A DNA stretch of 64,000 nucleotides from an uncultured candidate division Zixibacteria bacterium (GTDB taxonomy: Bacteria; Zixibacteria; MSB-5A5; GN15; FEB-12). This document shows positions 38,877 through 51,295 of this stretch, in pieces. The notes below the pieces were generated by a model that did no database searches, was not told the DNA's origin, and saw nothing but the letters and a program-made list of their open reading frames with translations. Within the stretch, counting starts at the first letter, position 1; the number at the start of each line of letters is the position of its first letter. The translations under genes were made by a program, and so were the position numbers. The DNA lies in NCBI GenBank assembly GCA_963806185.1, contig CAWDXE010000001.1:928001-992000 (forward strand), written 5' to 3'.

Positions 38877-40886
38877 CTACGACTTGTACTGGCTGATCTG
38901 CGCAGCGTGCTTCTCGAAGAAATCAAAATGCGGCGGAAGCGCTTTGAATTCATGCGTCGCAAAATCGCCCACAAAAGCATCCAGCGGATCGAAGATCCGG
39001 TTCCACGACCAGAATTCTTCACCGACTCCAAAATACTCACGTATCAATTCGGTGCCGCGAGGAGCTATCGGATGCACCAGGACGGCCGCGATGCGCACGT
39101 AATGGAACAGATCAGTGAGAGCCTGGGGATCGATACCGCCGGTCGACTCAGATTTTGAGTGCTTTGCCCAGAACTTCGAAATATCACGAATATACTTGTC
39201 CACTGTTATCATGACTTGCTGGAATTGATGCGCATGCATCTGTCGTTCATACGTCAGCACGGTCTGGCTCGACGCGCTTCGCGCTTCTTCACTTACCTTG
39301 TTGGCGGGCAGGCGGCCACTGAACTCCTTCTGAACGGTGTAGAAACAGGATCTGGCACAGCGATTGAGCACATTGCTGAGCAGATTTCCCTCAACCAGCA
39401 CCGGATCGGCATCTTGCGGCTTGGCGTCGGGATCAAAGGCCTTTGGTTTGAAACTCACGCCCTGCTTTCCGAGTCCAAGCCCGAAGAAGTGAGCCCGCAA
39501 TTGATCCGAGGTGTAATGATCAAGCAGTTCCGTGGCGGCGGGAGGTTTAATGGGGCCGCTGCTGCTGATCTTCTTATTGAGAAACTGCACATGTTTATTT
39601 ACGACCAGCACCGGTAGCCGCATTGTCCCTTCAGGAGGAGGAAGTGCCGGCCGTTTGCCCTGCAGGCCGAGAAACATGGCCATTTCTGCCGGACCATAGA
39701 AATAGACGTTGTCTTCGCCGATGAACTGAAAGACGGAAGCGTCTTTGGAACACCACCATGCTTCCCACCCTGACGTGTTCGCCAGTCCACTCTGGCAGCA
39801 ATAGGCCGTAAATGAAATAGGGGCGAACAGCGACTCCGGCCATACCCACCAGGTTCGTTCCGGTTCGTTTTCCAAGACTGGCGCCGGCAGGCCCCATTCC
39901 TGATTGCCGGTCAAGCGAAATGGCACAAACGTCTTGCCGGTCCGAAAACGGAAACCGGCCGCGACAAGTGTCGCGCAGGCTTGCTCCCGTTCTTCAAGAC
40001 TTTCGAAAACCAATCCCACGGATTGGCTCTTGCTGCTTCGCTCAGTGTACCCGTGAACCGATCCCAGGATCTTATTGACCGATTCCAGATCATCTTTTTT
40101 GACAAAGACAATCGGCGGTTCAAAGAATTCCCTGATAGCTTTGACGGCAAACGGACGACCCTGTGGGCTTTCTTCTATTTCGCCAAGCCAACCTTCGAGC
40201 AGAGTCCTGAATTTGGGAACATCAACGTACCAGTTGCTGACCTGCTTGAGTACCGGTACCGATCCGGAAAGCGTACTCTTGGGGTTAATGAGATCCTGTG
40301 GTTCATATTGATGCCCCAATGAGCACTCGTCAGCATACCCCTTATCGGAGCCGCAACCGTCGATCGGGCAGATCCCTTCGACCTGGCGACCATTCAGAAA
40401 CATGGAAGTCACAGAATCATAGAATTGCTGACCCGACCTCTGGGTCAGGTGCCCCTCCTCAAATAGCCGTTTCATTAGTTGCTCGCACAGCTCCTTATGT
40501 GTCTTTGCGGGGCCGTCGAGAGCCGAGGCGGCAAACAGATTGAGCGAAATACCAAAAGCGGATAGGGACGCTTTTTGCAGCTCGTGGTTTTGGCGTACGA
40601 ACTGCTCAATACTGCCGGTAAAACCCTTCTCCGACACAGCGACCCGAAAGGCTTCGACAATCGAAGACCCATAGCAATCAGTGCCGGACACGAAGAGTAC
40701 ATTCTCTTTGCCGATACGATCACGAAGGAAACGGGCAAAGATATCCGCGTGTACAAAAACCCCGCCGATGTGGCCAAAGTGAAGGTCCTTGTTACCGTAC
40801 GGCATGCCCGCGGTCACGATGGCACGACGCGGAAAGGTCGGACGAGTATCACGATCCCCTGATTTATCCGGAGCAAAAGAATTCAT
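38877..40886 (-). CDS. metG: Methionine--tRNA ligase (divergent class I type)
   Basis: Motifs TAGMPYGNKDLHFGH, SGTDCYG, CP...C...DEC..GH, WVW, FIGEDNVYFY and KKISSS in place of KMSKS. Confidence 0.88.
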   Translation of the reverse strand: MNSFAPDKSGDRDTRPTFPRRAIVTAGMPYGNKDLHFGHIGGVFVHADIFARFLRDRIGKENVLFVSGTDCYGSSIVEAFRVAVSEKGFTGSIEQFVRQNHELQKASLSAFGISLNLFAASALDGPAKTHKELCEQLMKRLFEEGHLTQRSGQQFYDSVTSMFLNGRQVEGICPIDGCGSDKGYADECSLGHQYEPQDLINPKSTLSGSVPVLKQVSNWYVDVPKFRTLLEGWLGEIEESPQGRPFAVKAIREFFEPPIVFVKKDDLESVNKILGSVHGYTERSSKSQSVGLVFESLEEREQACATLVAAGFRFRTGKTFVPFRLTGNQEWGLPAPVLENEPERTWWVWPESLFAPISFTAYCCQSGLANTSGWEAWWCSKDASVFQFIGEDNVYFYGPAEMAMFLGLQGKRPALPPPEGTMRLPVLVVNKHVQFLNKKISSSGPIKPPAATELLDHYTSDQLRAHFFGLGLGKQGVSFKPKAFDPDAKPQDADPVLVEGNLLSNVLNRCARSCFYTVQKEFSGRLPANKVSEEARSASSQTVLTYERQMHAHQFQQVMITVDKYIRDISKFWAKHSKSESTGGIDPQALTDLFHYVRIAAVLVHPIAPRGTELIREYFGVGEEFWSWNRIFDPLDAFVGDFATHEFKALPPHFDFFEKHAAQISQYKS

Positions 40887-41052
40887 TTGGCCTTGTAACC
40901 TCTGGAACTGCTTATAGTAAGGTCGCTTTTTATGGCAGACAACATAGGTGATTGTCACGGCAGTTGCAACATGTTCTTCAGCAGGCACTTTCCCGGGCCC
41001 GGACGAAAATCACGCCCGGCGATTGACGACAGGTATCCCGTAAATTTCTCTC

Positions 41053-41087
41053 TTGACATTGTCTAAATTAGTACTTAATCTAATTCC
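41053..41087 (+). promoter_or_regulatory. Sigma70-type promoter with overlapping inverted repeat; leaderless start of fur
   Basis: TTGACA(41053)-17 nt-TAATCT(41076)-6 nt-ATG. AATTAG-N8-CTAATT at 41066-41085. Confidence 0.65.
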
Positions 41088-41486
41088 ATGAAAGACGCCA
41101 TCTCGATCCTGCGACAGTGTGATATTCAGCCAACGCCTCAGCGGATTGCTGTTGTCGAGTGCATCTTGGCCAGTAAGACCCACCCGACTGCCGACGACGT
41201 CCTGATCCTCGCTCGAAAGAAGTGCCCGACCGTTTCTCGAGCCACGGTTTACAACACCCTGAACCTACTCGTCGAAAAGAAGCTTGTTGGTATGCAGACG
41301 ATCAGGGAAGGTGCCGTTATTTTTGATCCCAATATTCAGAAGCACCATCATCTCATCGATGAAGACACTGGTGACATACATGACATTCCGTGGGATCAAT
41401 TGGAGGTTAAAGGAATTAAGAAATTCGAGGATTTCGAGATTCTGGAGTTTCAGGTGATATTGCGAGGAAAGCGGAGAAGGAAATGA
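41088..41486 (+). CDS. Fur/PerR family transcriptional repressor
   Basis: Motifs TPQRIAV, HPTADDV, SRATVYNTL and HHHLID. Lies directly upstream of katG. Confidence 0.93.
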   Translation: MKDAISILRQCDIQPTPQRIAVVECILASKTHPTADDVLILARKKCPTVSRATVYNTLNLLVEKKLVGMQTIREGAVIFDPNIQKHHHLIDEDTGDIHDIPWDQLEVKGIKKFEDFEILEFQVILRGKRRRK

Positions 41487-41611
41487 TTTTTTTGTCCGGC
41501 AGTGACACTCTGTTTAAACATAGACTGTCTCTGCCTTTCCCCGTTGCCGGAAGCGATCGTGAATCCACACAGATATTGACAATCACGCGTATGAACGTTT
41601 GTACTTTGTAA

Positions 41612-43822
<2,211 letters not shown>

Positions 43823-43859
43823 TCGACTGGGTGGTTCGGGACATAGTCTGCATTTGTAG

Positions 43860-43897
43860 CCGCAACCGGGCATCGGAATATCCGAACCGGTTGCGGT
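43860..43897. other. Nested stem-loop after katG, possibly a terminator or stabilizer
   Basis: CCGCAACCGG...TCGGA-ata-TCCGA...CCGGTTGCGG. No long U tract follows. Confidence 0.4.
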
Positions 43898-43975
43898 GTT
43901 AGAACAAATCCCACTATGTCAACATATGCGAAAGAGTAGACCAGTCATCACTAGCTTGAATCCAAGGAGTGCATT

Positions 43976-44372
43976 GTGGCACTATTAGTCGGAGCGATCC
44001 TTGCAATTGCGGTAGCGATATTGGCGACCAGCGTCGGGCTGGATCGCGACCGGGCCTTTTATCCAGTCGTCACAATTGTCGTCGCCTCTTACTATGCGCT
44101 CTTTGCGGCCATGGGAGCTTCCACCGATACAATCGTTCTGGAGTCACTGGTCGGCGTGGCCTTTCTGGCGCTCGCAGTGGTGGGTTTCAGATCGTCGCTC
44201 TGGATCGTTATGGTTGCGCTTGGCGGGGCACGGCATTTTCGACCTCAGCCATGGGCTTATCATATCAAATCCGGGCATGCCGAATTGGTGGCCAAAATTC
44301 TGTTCCACATTCGATGTTTTGTTGGCGGCGTACCTGGCCTGGCAGCTCAAAACGGGGCGCATCCGAGGGTGA
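43976..44372 (+). CDS. Small hypothetical membrane protein with a single-base frameshift near 44220
   Basis: GTG start after AAGGAG. The sequence GLDRDRAFYP...WIVMVAL continues in the +1 frame as AGHGIFD..H...NPGMPNWWP.FC..FD. Confidence 0.65.
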
Positions 44373-45030
44373 TGGGCTTTACGATTGTTTGGGCCGCATG
44401 CGCGAATCCTTCAAGGCGTACCTGCGTACCAAGAGGCTGACCACTCCGACTATGCGAATAGACGTCTGAGTCAAGTACGCTTCAACCATTACCTGGGAGA
44501 TCGTATGGTCATTCAGCAGCATGAACACCAGGGGCATGGCCATTCCCGGCGTTGCGGCCCCAAACTCACTCTCCTCTAACTCCTGTGGGCCTCATTCTTC
44601 CGATCCGATTGTAGTACATGACGGTCATGGAGAGTCGTTGGAAGGCAATCCACTGAGGAGACCTGTGCAAATAGGATGGACCTATTTCAGGAATGGAGGC
44701 AGGGAAATCGATCCCCAAAATTCGCGTTGTGGGACAAGGATTTACTAGCCATTGTGGCCAGATTGTGACGCTTTTTTGCATTCTCAGAAGCGTCGGTATG
44801 GCCCGAGTCAATCCACACAATTATGGGCGACACTGTCGAAGCGTCGTCAGGCCGCCGCTCCGCAATAATCTAGAAGATAACGTATATCCATGTAGTATAT
44901 TATCGGAGCTGTCGCGCCCATCATTCCAGTTCTTTTTTGGCAGGTCCAACAACTTTGCGACGATTGGTACATATCGAGGTCCCCCTCTCACGAAGACAGA
45001 AGTGCAATTTAGTATAACGAGGTTCGTGTT

Positions 45031-46554
45031 ATGAAACGTAACGTTTCGGTTATGGCCATCATGGTCTTGCTGTGCGGTCAGCTCCTGGCAGCTGTCCCGA
45101 CAATGATCAACTATCAGGGCCGCTTGACTGATGCCGGTGGCAATCCTGTCGCTGACGGCAATTATTCGATCGTCTTTAGAATCTATGACGCCGCCTCGGG
45201 TGGGACTAGCAAGTGGACCGAAACGCAATCTGTTTCCACCGCCGGAGGATTCTTTGCGGTTCTGCTGGGAACCCTTTCCCCGCTTACGGACACAATCTTT
45301 ACCTCAGCTACCCGCTATCTTAGTGTGAAGGTCGGCACAGATCCTGAGTTGACTCCTCGCACTCGGCTGCTTACTGTCCCCTTTGCAGACCGGGTCAGCA
45401 CAGTTGACGGCTCCAGCGGCGGAAGCATCAGTGGGAATCTCAATCTGAACAATTCGACAGCCACGACGGGTAATATCCTGAAGGAGGGCGTGTCGTTCAT
45501 TCAGAATTTTGGTACAAGCAATACGGCTATTGGTCTGAATGCCGGGAACCTGACAATGAGCGGCACTGAGAACACGATGACGGGGAGAAATGCCCTGCAC
45601 TCAAACACAAGTGGCAATTGGAATACGAGCACTGGTTTCAATGCACTTTCTTCCAACACGGTAGGTCATGGAAACACTGCTAACGGCCACAACGCTCTTC
45701 TCAACAACACGACCGGTCGGTACAACGCCGCCTTTGGAAAAGACGCTCTTTACAGCAGCACGGTCGGAGACAGCAATACAGCGTGCGGTTTCCAGGCACT
45801 CTTCTACAATACCGACGGGACATGTAATTCAGCCTTTGGTTTTCAGGCACTCCTCTTCAACACAGCAGACTACAATACCGCAGACGGCTACTTGGCGCTC
45901 TTGAACAACACTACTGGTTTCCAAAACACGGCTTCTGGTTGGGCCGCGCTTAGAAACAACGTAGCTGGCACCGGCAATACCGCGTATGGGGCTAATGCAC
46001 TCGCAGCCAACGTCAATGGAGGTGGTAATACGGGAATCGGAATCTATGCCGATGTTTCAACCGGCGGTCTTTTCAATGCCACTGCCATAGGTTCAGGCGC
46101 CGTTGTCGATGCCAGTAACAAGATTCGGTTGGGCAATAGTGCTGTTACTGTGATTCAGGGTCAAGTGGCCTACACCTTCACCTCCGACCGAAATCAGAAG
46201 GAGAATTTCCTGCCAGTCGATGGCGAGGCAGTCTTGCAAAAGATCCGTAGTTTGAGTCTTAGCAGCTGGAATTACAAGAACAACGATCCTAAGCAGTTCC
46301 GCCATTACGGTCCAGTGGCTCAAGATTTTTTTGCGGCCTTCGGACATGACAGTGTTGGAACCTGCGGAGACTCTGTTAGCATCAATTCTGGTGACATGGC
46401 GGGAATCACGCTGATTGCGGTGCAGACTCTCGAGACAGATAGGGAGCAGCTCAGAGCAAGGGTGGAAACTATTCAGGCGGAGAATACTGAACTCAAGGCG
46501 CGGCTCGAAAAATTGGAAGCGACGATGAACAAAATCGTGCACCATAAACTTTGA
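45031..46554 (+). CDS. Secreted tail-fibre-like protein with N/T/G-rich beta-helix repeats and a C-terminal peptidase S74 chaperone domain
   Basis: Signal peptide, INYQGRL, ~14-aa NTA.G..AL..NT.G repeats, SDRNQKENF...WNYK...HYGPVAQDF and a terminal coiled coil. Confidence 0.85.
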   Translation: MKRNVSVMAIMVLLCGQLLAAVPTMINYQGRLTDAGGNPVADGNYSIVFRIYDAASGGTSKWTETQSVSTAGGFFAVLLGTLSPLTDTIFTSATRYLSVKVGTDPELTPRTRLLTVPFADRVSTVDGSSGGSISGNLNLNNSTATTGNILKEGVSFIQNFGTSNTAIGLNAGNLTMSGTENTMTGRNALHSNTSGNWNTSTGFNALSSNTVGHGNTANGHNALLNNTTGRYNAAFGKDALYSSTVGDSNTACGFQALFYNTDGTCNSAFGFQALLFNTADYNTADGYLALLNNTTGFQNTASGWAALRNNVAGTGNTAYGANALAANVNGGGNTGIGIYADVSTGGLFNATAIGSGAVVDASNKIRLGNSAVTVIQGQVAYTFTSDRNQKENFLPVDGEAVLQKIRSLSLSSWNYKNNDPKQFRHYGPVAQDFFAAFGHDSVGTCGDSVSINSGDMAGITLIAVQTLETDREQLRARVETIQAENTELKARLEKLEATMNKIVHHKL

Positions 46555-46628
46555 TGCACAGTTCAGCGAAGTCAGAAATAGCCCGGAGCTCCTGGAGTTT
46601 CACACATAATGCGAATCATAGACCTATT

Positions 46629-46996
46629 TGGTGGAGGTGGGGGGAATCGAACCCCCGTCCGAGAATACCGTCAAGCCGTCCTCTACGTGCGTAGCCAATC
46701 TATAAATTCTCGTACTCCGTGCTGCCGATCAGCAGGCCACACAAAGTACCAGTCGCGTATCGTTTAAGCTGTCTGCAACGACATCAGACCGCCGAGCCTC
46801 CTTTTACGTCGTCGTGTCCCACCGTCGAAGGCAAGACTGTGAGCACAACGGGCACATCAACTAATCAGTTACGATTAGGCAGCCATGGCGTAGTTGTTTT
46901 CGCCATTTATTGGTTCGCCCAGTTTGGTAACGGAGACCCAGACAACTCCGGCACGCCAACAACCCCCCGATAAACCCGTCGAAACCTGTCACCCCC
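46629..46996 (-). ncRNA. ssrA: tmRNA; tag peptide (A)GENNYAMAA
   Basis: 5' end GGGGGTGACAGGTTTCGAC and 3' end GGTTCGATTCCCCCCACCTCCACCA. The tag ORF at 46904-46875 follows ATAAAT. Confidence 0.97.
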
Positions 46997-47056
46997 AAAA
47001 TCTCGAAGAGTATCGAAAAGGCAGGGCCTTTTCGTTTGTCAAAGAACACGTGGGTC

Positions 47057-47085
47057 AATATACGCTATCGGCTGAATGCGCACAA
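47057..47085 (-). promoter_or_regulatory. Putative ssrA promoter
   Basis: TTGTGC-17 nt-TATATT. A 9-bp hairpin at 47014-47034 lies in the leader. Confidence 0.5.
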
Positions 47086-47362
47086 ACTCCCCACACCCGT
47101 ATAACGAAATACTCGACTCAAAGTTCCAATTTCGAGACGTCAGCCAATCCTATCCGCACCCTCTATCCCTCCTCCCATCAAGCGATTACGCGTCATGTCT
47201 CAGGCGCCGCAACGGAAAAACTTGCCCTTGTGATATCTGCCCTATGCCTTATACTTGTTAAGCTGCGCCGGCACCCGCTTCTACGGGCGTGGGTCCAAGT
47301 ACCTGACGGCAACAACGAACCACTCGCCTGTTCGAACGGCGGACAGCCATTTGGAGGATTCA

Positions 47363-47812
47363 ATGCCCAGTCCCGTAGGCCCGTTTCTTGATCGTCACCG
47401 ACTGCGCACAATCCATGATCTCGGGTTATTCTTCCTTCGCGTGGCGATGGCTCTACTCCTCCTGTTCGGCCACGGCTGGCCGAAATTGATGCAATTTGGC
47501 GAACGATCAGCGAGCTTCGCCGATCCCCTCGGCATAGGATCGATCGCCAGTTTGATTCTTACGCTTTTCTCCGAGGTTGGTTGTTCCGTCTTCGTCGCGC
47601 TCGGACTTTTCACCCGCTACGCCGTAATTCCACTCATCATCATGTTCACCGTCATACTGCTCTTCGTGCACGATGACGATCCGTTCACCAAACAGGAACT
47701 CGCCCTGATGTATCTGATACCGTTCATTACGTTGTTGTTGACCGGGCCAGGACGCTTTTCACTCGACAGAAAGTTGCGGAAGACGGAGACCTGGTGGTCG
47801 TGGGATCGCTGA
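47363..47812 (+). CDS. DoxX family membrane protein
   Basis: GGAGG RBS. Motifs LR...HGWPKL, E...LGLFTR and GPGRFSLD. Confidence 0.92.
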   Translation: MPSPVGPFLDRHRLRTIHDLGLFFLRVAMALLLLFGHGWPKLMQFGERSASFADPLGIGSIASLILTLFSEVGCSVFVALGLFTRYAVIPLIIMFTVILLFVHDDDPFTKQELALMYLIPFITLLLTGPGRFSLDRKLRKTETWWSWDR

Positions 47813-47815
47813 GCG

Positions 47816-49714
47816 TCAGTTGAAGAGCATGAGGTGACAATTTTCCGGTAGCCGACCAATGAGACCGTTGACCACGTGCCCGCGTAAGAGATGGTAGATG
47901 GCACTGCGGTGCCCGACGCCCAGTACAACCGTATCCACGTTGAGCGCCCGTGCGGCGCGCGCCACGCCCTCCGCTACTGTGTACGAAATCGTCCAGACCG
48001 GAATGAGATTGAAGTTCTGTTGCTGAGCTTCGCGATAGGCAAACAGGAGTGATTCCTTGGCCTGCTGTGTCGGCGTGTTGGCGGTTGGATCGACAAACAG
48101 CCCGGGCCGTTCTTCCACATACAAGGCATATATGAAATTGCCGGCCAGTCCCTTCTCGCGGGTAATGGCCTCGTCGATCAGGCGTGGATTCTGTCCGAGC
48201 ACGGCCACCAGGGTGCGCGACGGATACAGCGGTGCGATACTCTCGGCGGCGCTCAAGCTGATCAACTCCGGAAAATCCTCGATGCTTCTTTCCGCCTCGG
48301 TAATCCGTTTGCTCGCCAGGCGGGCCATCATCGGCACCTTGTAGAACCAACTGAAGAACAGTCCCTGTTTATAGGGAATGGCTATCAGCATGCCGATGCC
48401 CACGACGATGCCGCCGAAGATGGTCGCCTGATGTTTTGTGATAATGACTACGATCCATGCGACCAGCACCATGCCGGTGGTGAGGATACCAACCCAGAAG
48501 CGTGTCCCGCGCTGACCTTCACGATACCGAATGACATCCAGCCCCCCCGAACTCAACACGAACGCACCCAATAAACCAAAGGCGTACATCTCGCCCAGCA
48601 GAGCAAGATTCCCTTTGGTGAATACGATGACACCGATAGGCACGACGGTAGCCAACAGGATAGCCCAGTGCGGCGTGCTAAACCGTTTGTTGCGGCGCGT
48701 CACGATTGACGGGAGAAAGTTCTGATTCGCCAGCGCCAGGAACACGTGATAGGTGCCGATAATCGCCGTGTTGGCGGCGAACAAAAGCAGCACTGAGGCG
48801 GTGACGACCACCGCTACTTTCAGCGGAAGACCGCCGTATACATCACCCAGCTCGGAAATGAACCGCTCCGAACCGGTCACCTTGACCGAATCCGACAGAA
48901 GCGATACCGAAAACAAGGTGAGCAAGGGTGACGTGAGCAATACGGTCACGATCACGATCATCATGCCTTTGTGTGCCGTACCCTTCAGCGGCGACTGCAT
49001 TGCGGGCGACAGCTGGCTGATGCTCTCCAACCCGGAGAAGGCCAGCCACGCGCCACCGAAACCGACCAGCAGCGTGGTAAGCGGCACTCCGCTGGGCACC
49101 TTGACATGCTGCCACACTAGATCCCACTGCGGCGGCCCCATCATGATCACGGTCACCAGGATAACCGCCAGCGACACCGCCAGCGCCGAGACCGCCATCA
49201 TCAGCGAGATGCCGGCACTTTCGCGAATACCGATGACGTTTATGAGTGCGAGAAAACTCAGTGCGATGACGGCAATCATAACGACATTCTCGCCTGCAAC
49301 CGGGATGACGGAGCCCAGATAATGCATGCCCGAAACCGCCGAGACGGCGGAGGTGAGAAAATAGTCGACCGTGATAAGCAATCCCCCAAATACGCCGAAG
49401 CGAGGGGAAAAGGCCTTCGTGGATACGGTGACAACACCGCCACCCTCCGGATTGCGCCAGCAGATTTCAATGTACTTGCTGGCCAGCAGCAGGAACCCGA
49501 CCGTAACGGCGAGCACCATGAGCGGCGCAAGCGATCCGATCTGACCGTACAAAATCCCCGGCACGTAGTATACCGACGTGCCAATGTCGCAAAACACCAC
49601 CGCCCAAACCAGCAGAGGCGAAAGGAGCTTGGGGTGCAGCTCAATCGCCTTTTCCGCGATCGAAGGGTTCTGCCCGGATGGTTCTTCGGTACTGGGGTTC
49701 GTGGCTGCGCTCAC
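47816..49714 (-). CDS. APC family permease with C-terminal USP-like domain
   Basis: Motifs DIGTSVYY, PEGGGV, DYFLTSAVS, FSGLESISQL and MYAFG across many TM helices. The soluble C-terminus ends ...DTVVLG...LRGHV. Confidence 0.88.
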   Translation of the reverse strand: MSAATNPSTEEPSGQNPSIAEKAIELHPKLLSPLLVWAVVFCDIGTSVYYVPGILYGQIGSLAPLMVLAVTVGFLLLASKYIEICWRNPEGGGVVTVSTKAFSPRFGVFGGLLITVDYFLTSAVSAVSGMHYLGSVIPVAGENVVMIAVIALSFLALINVIGIRESAGISLMMAVSALAVSLAVILVTVIMMGPPQWDLVWQHVKVPSGVPLTTLLVGFGGAWLAFSGLESISQLSPAMQSPLKGTAHKGMMIVIVTVLLTSPLLTLFSVSLLSDSVKVTGSERFISELGDVYGGLPLKVAVVVTASVLLLFAANTAIIGTYHVFLALANQNFLPSIVTRRNKRFSTPHWAILLATVVPIGVIVFTKGNLALLGEMYAFGLLGAFVLSSGGLDVIRYREGQRGTRFWVGILTTGMVLVAWIVVIITKHQATIFGGIVVGIGMLIAIPYKQGLFFSWFYKVPMMARLASKRITEAERSIEDFPELISLSAAESIAPLYPSRTLVAVLGQNPRLIDEAITREKGLAGNFIYALYVEERPGLFVDPTANTPTQQAKESLLFAYREAQQQNFNLIPVWTISYTVAEGVARAARALNVDTVVLGVGHRSAIYHLLRGHVVNGLIGRLPENCHLMLFN

Positions 49715-49813
49715 AAAATATCCAAAATTGAATTGTCCCTGGATGGTGCCGCGGTCACCGTTACCTTCATAACGGCTATGGACAGAGTGTTTTCATACGT
49801 AAGAGCAGCGCTA

Positions 49814-49842
49814 AGTATATTGTCGTCGCCATGTTAAGGCAA
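49814..49842 (-). promoter_or_regulatory. Putative promoter of the APC permease
   Basis: TTGCCT-17 nt-TATACT. Confidence 0.55.
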
Positions 49843-49972
49843 GCTTGTTTCGAGTGATCGGAGATTCCACCCCCGCCCACGTTTAACTCCTGCCGTCGGA
49901 GATTTCGCTGACGTAAGCATTTGGAATACTATAACTTAGATGGCCGATTCGGGTAGCCCACCGTCGCCGGCA

Positions 49973-51052
49973 TTATCTCGGCGCGGCGGAGGGAGACTTT
50001 GTCACAGTGGAAGCTCCGGGGTCGGGTCTCATATATGTCCCGACGAAATTGTTGGTGAACAAGTCTCCGAGCGTCGTGTGAATCGATCGGGTAGTATATC
50101 CCAATTCCTGACGGGCCTTCGAGGAAGAGAAGGCCCAGTCGTAGTCAAGCAGTTTGGTCAGTTCCGGATACATCCTGATGCGACTTCTTCCCAAAATGAC
50201 AGTCAGGGCATAACCGATTCTGGCCAGTCCGCGATAGACCCAGTTGGGAAGCCATAACAGATGTGGGCTCTTGCCGACGAAGACGGATACAGCCAGAACA
50301 AGCTCTCGTGCCGTCATGTTGTCACCGCCGAGGATATAACGCTCGTTGGGGCGACCCTTCCGCAGCGCGGCAATAACGCCCGGCGCCAGATCCCGCAAAT
50401 CGACCAGGTTCATCAGATTGGGAAAATCGGGCATGACGATGCCATTGATCCGCCTACGGCCGCGGCCGCGATCATCGCGGGTCGTTGACGGTGAGAGAAT
50501 GATCGATGGATTGACAATGACCAGCTCCGGCCCGCCGGCGGCGGCGAGCTTAAGCAATTCTTCCTCAGCGGCCCACTTCGTCATGAGATATGGGATCTTC
50601 ACGTCAGCGAGATTGAACGGCCATTGCTCGTTCAGCGACGCCGCAACAATGGGTACATTCTTGCCGTTTCCGCGGGGTCGACCGCCGATGGCCGCGACCG
50701 ACGATATATGTACGAATCGTTTGACCCGCGCCTTAGCGGCCGCATGATAAAGATACACGGCGCCGAAAGTGTTGATGCCGGTAAACTGCGTCAGTTTGTC
50801 CTTGCGGAAATCAACCCACGCGGCCGCGTGGATGATGGCATCGACACCAGCTACCAGTTGATCCAGCTCCGGCCGGTTGCGAAGATCGGCCAGCCGCTTT
50901 TCAAGGCCCAGAGAATCGATGAAGGTAGTGTCCGAACCCTCCCGTACGTGGGCAACGACGCGAATGCCCTGCTTGGCCAGTTCATAGATGATCTGCTGTC
51001 CAACCGAGCCGGACGCTCCGGTAATGAGTATGGTCTGCCCCTGTAAATCCAT
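49973..51052 (-). CDS. NAD-dependent epimerase/dehydratase (extended SDR)
   Basis: Motifs TGASGSVG, HAAA, HISS and catalytic YLMTK. Confidence 0.9.
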   Translation of the reverse strand: MDLQGQTILITGASGSVGQQIIYELAKQGIRVVAHVREGSDTTFIDSLGLEKRLADLRNRPELDQLVAGVDAIIHAAAWVDFRKDKLTQFTGINTFGAVYLYHAAAKARVKRFVHISSVAAIGGRPRGNGKNVPIVAASLNEQWPFNLADVKIPYLMTKWAAEEELLKLAAAGGPELVIVNPSIILSPSTTRDDRGRGRRRINGIVMPDFPNLMNLVDLRDLAPGVIAALRKGRPNERYILGGDNMTARELVLAVSVFVGKSPHLLWLPNWVYRGLARIGYALTVILGRSRIRMYPELTKLLDYDWAFSSSKARQELGYTTRSIHTTLGDLFTNNFVGTYMRPDPGASTVTKSPSAAPR

Positions 51053-51295
51053 GAGTTCACTCACCCCTTCAGCCTGAGGCCGCCGCTCTGCATCGCGTTT
51101 ATCAGTCGGGGCTAACATAACCAATTTCTCTCCAAAGTGCCGCCAAATCTGAAAGCAAGTGTCAGCGGCGAATCTCGGAAAGGGAACGGTTACAGGCGAA
51201 AAAGGTCAGTTATCGACTGTCCGGCATAATCTTACAAGCGAGCCGAAAGCTCTGCAGCTTCCCGTGTCGTTCTAATGGCCAAATGCAGGTATCCA

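Noticed and set aside
46629..46700. tRNA gene
   Set aside because: It is the tRNA-like 3' domain of tmRNA. The matching 5' end and tag ORF are present.
51100..51295. Integron attC site after the HEPN-like gene
   Set aside because: No RYYYAAC...GTTRRRY pair with an internal palindrome was found.
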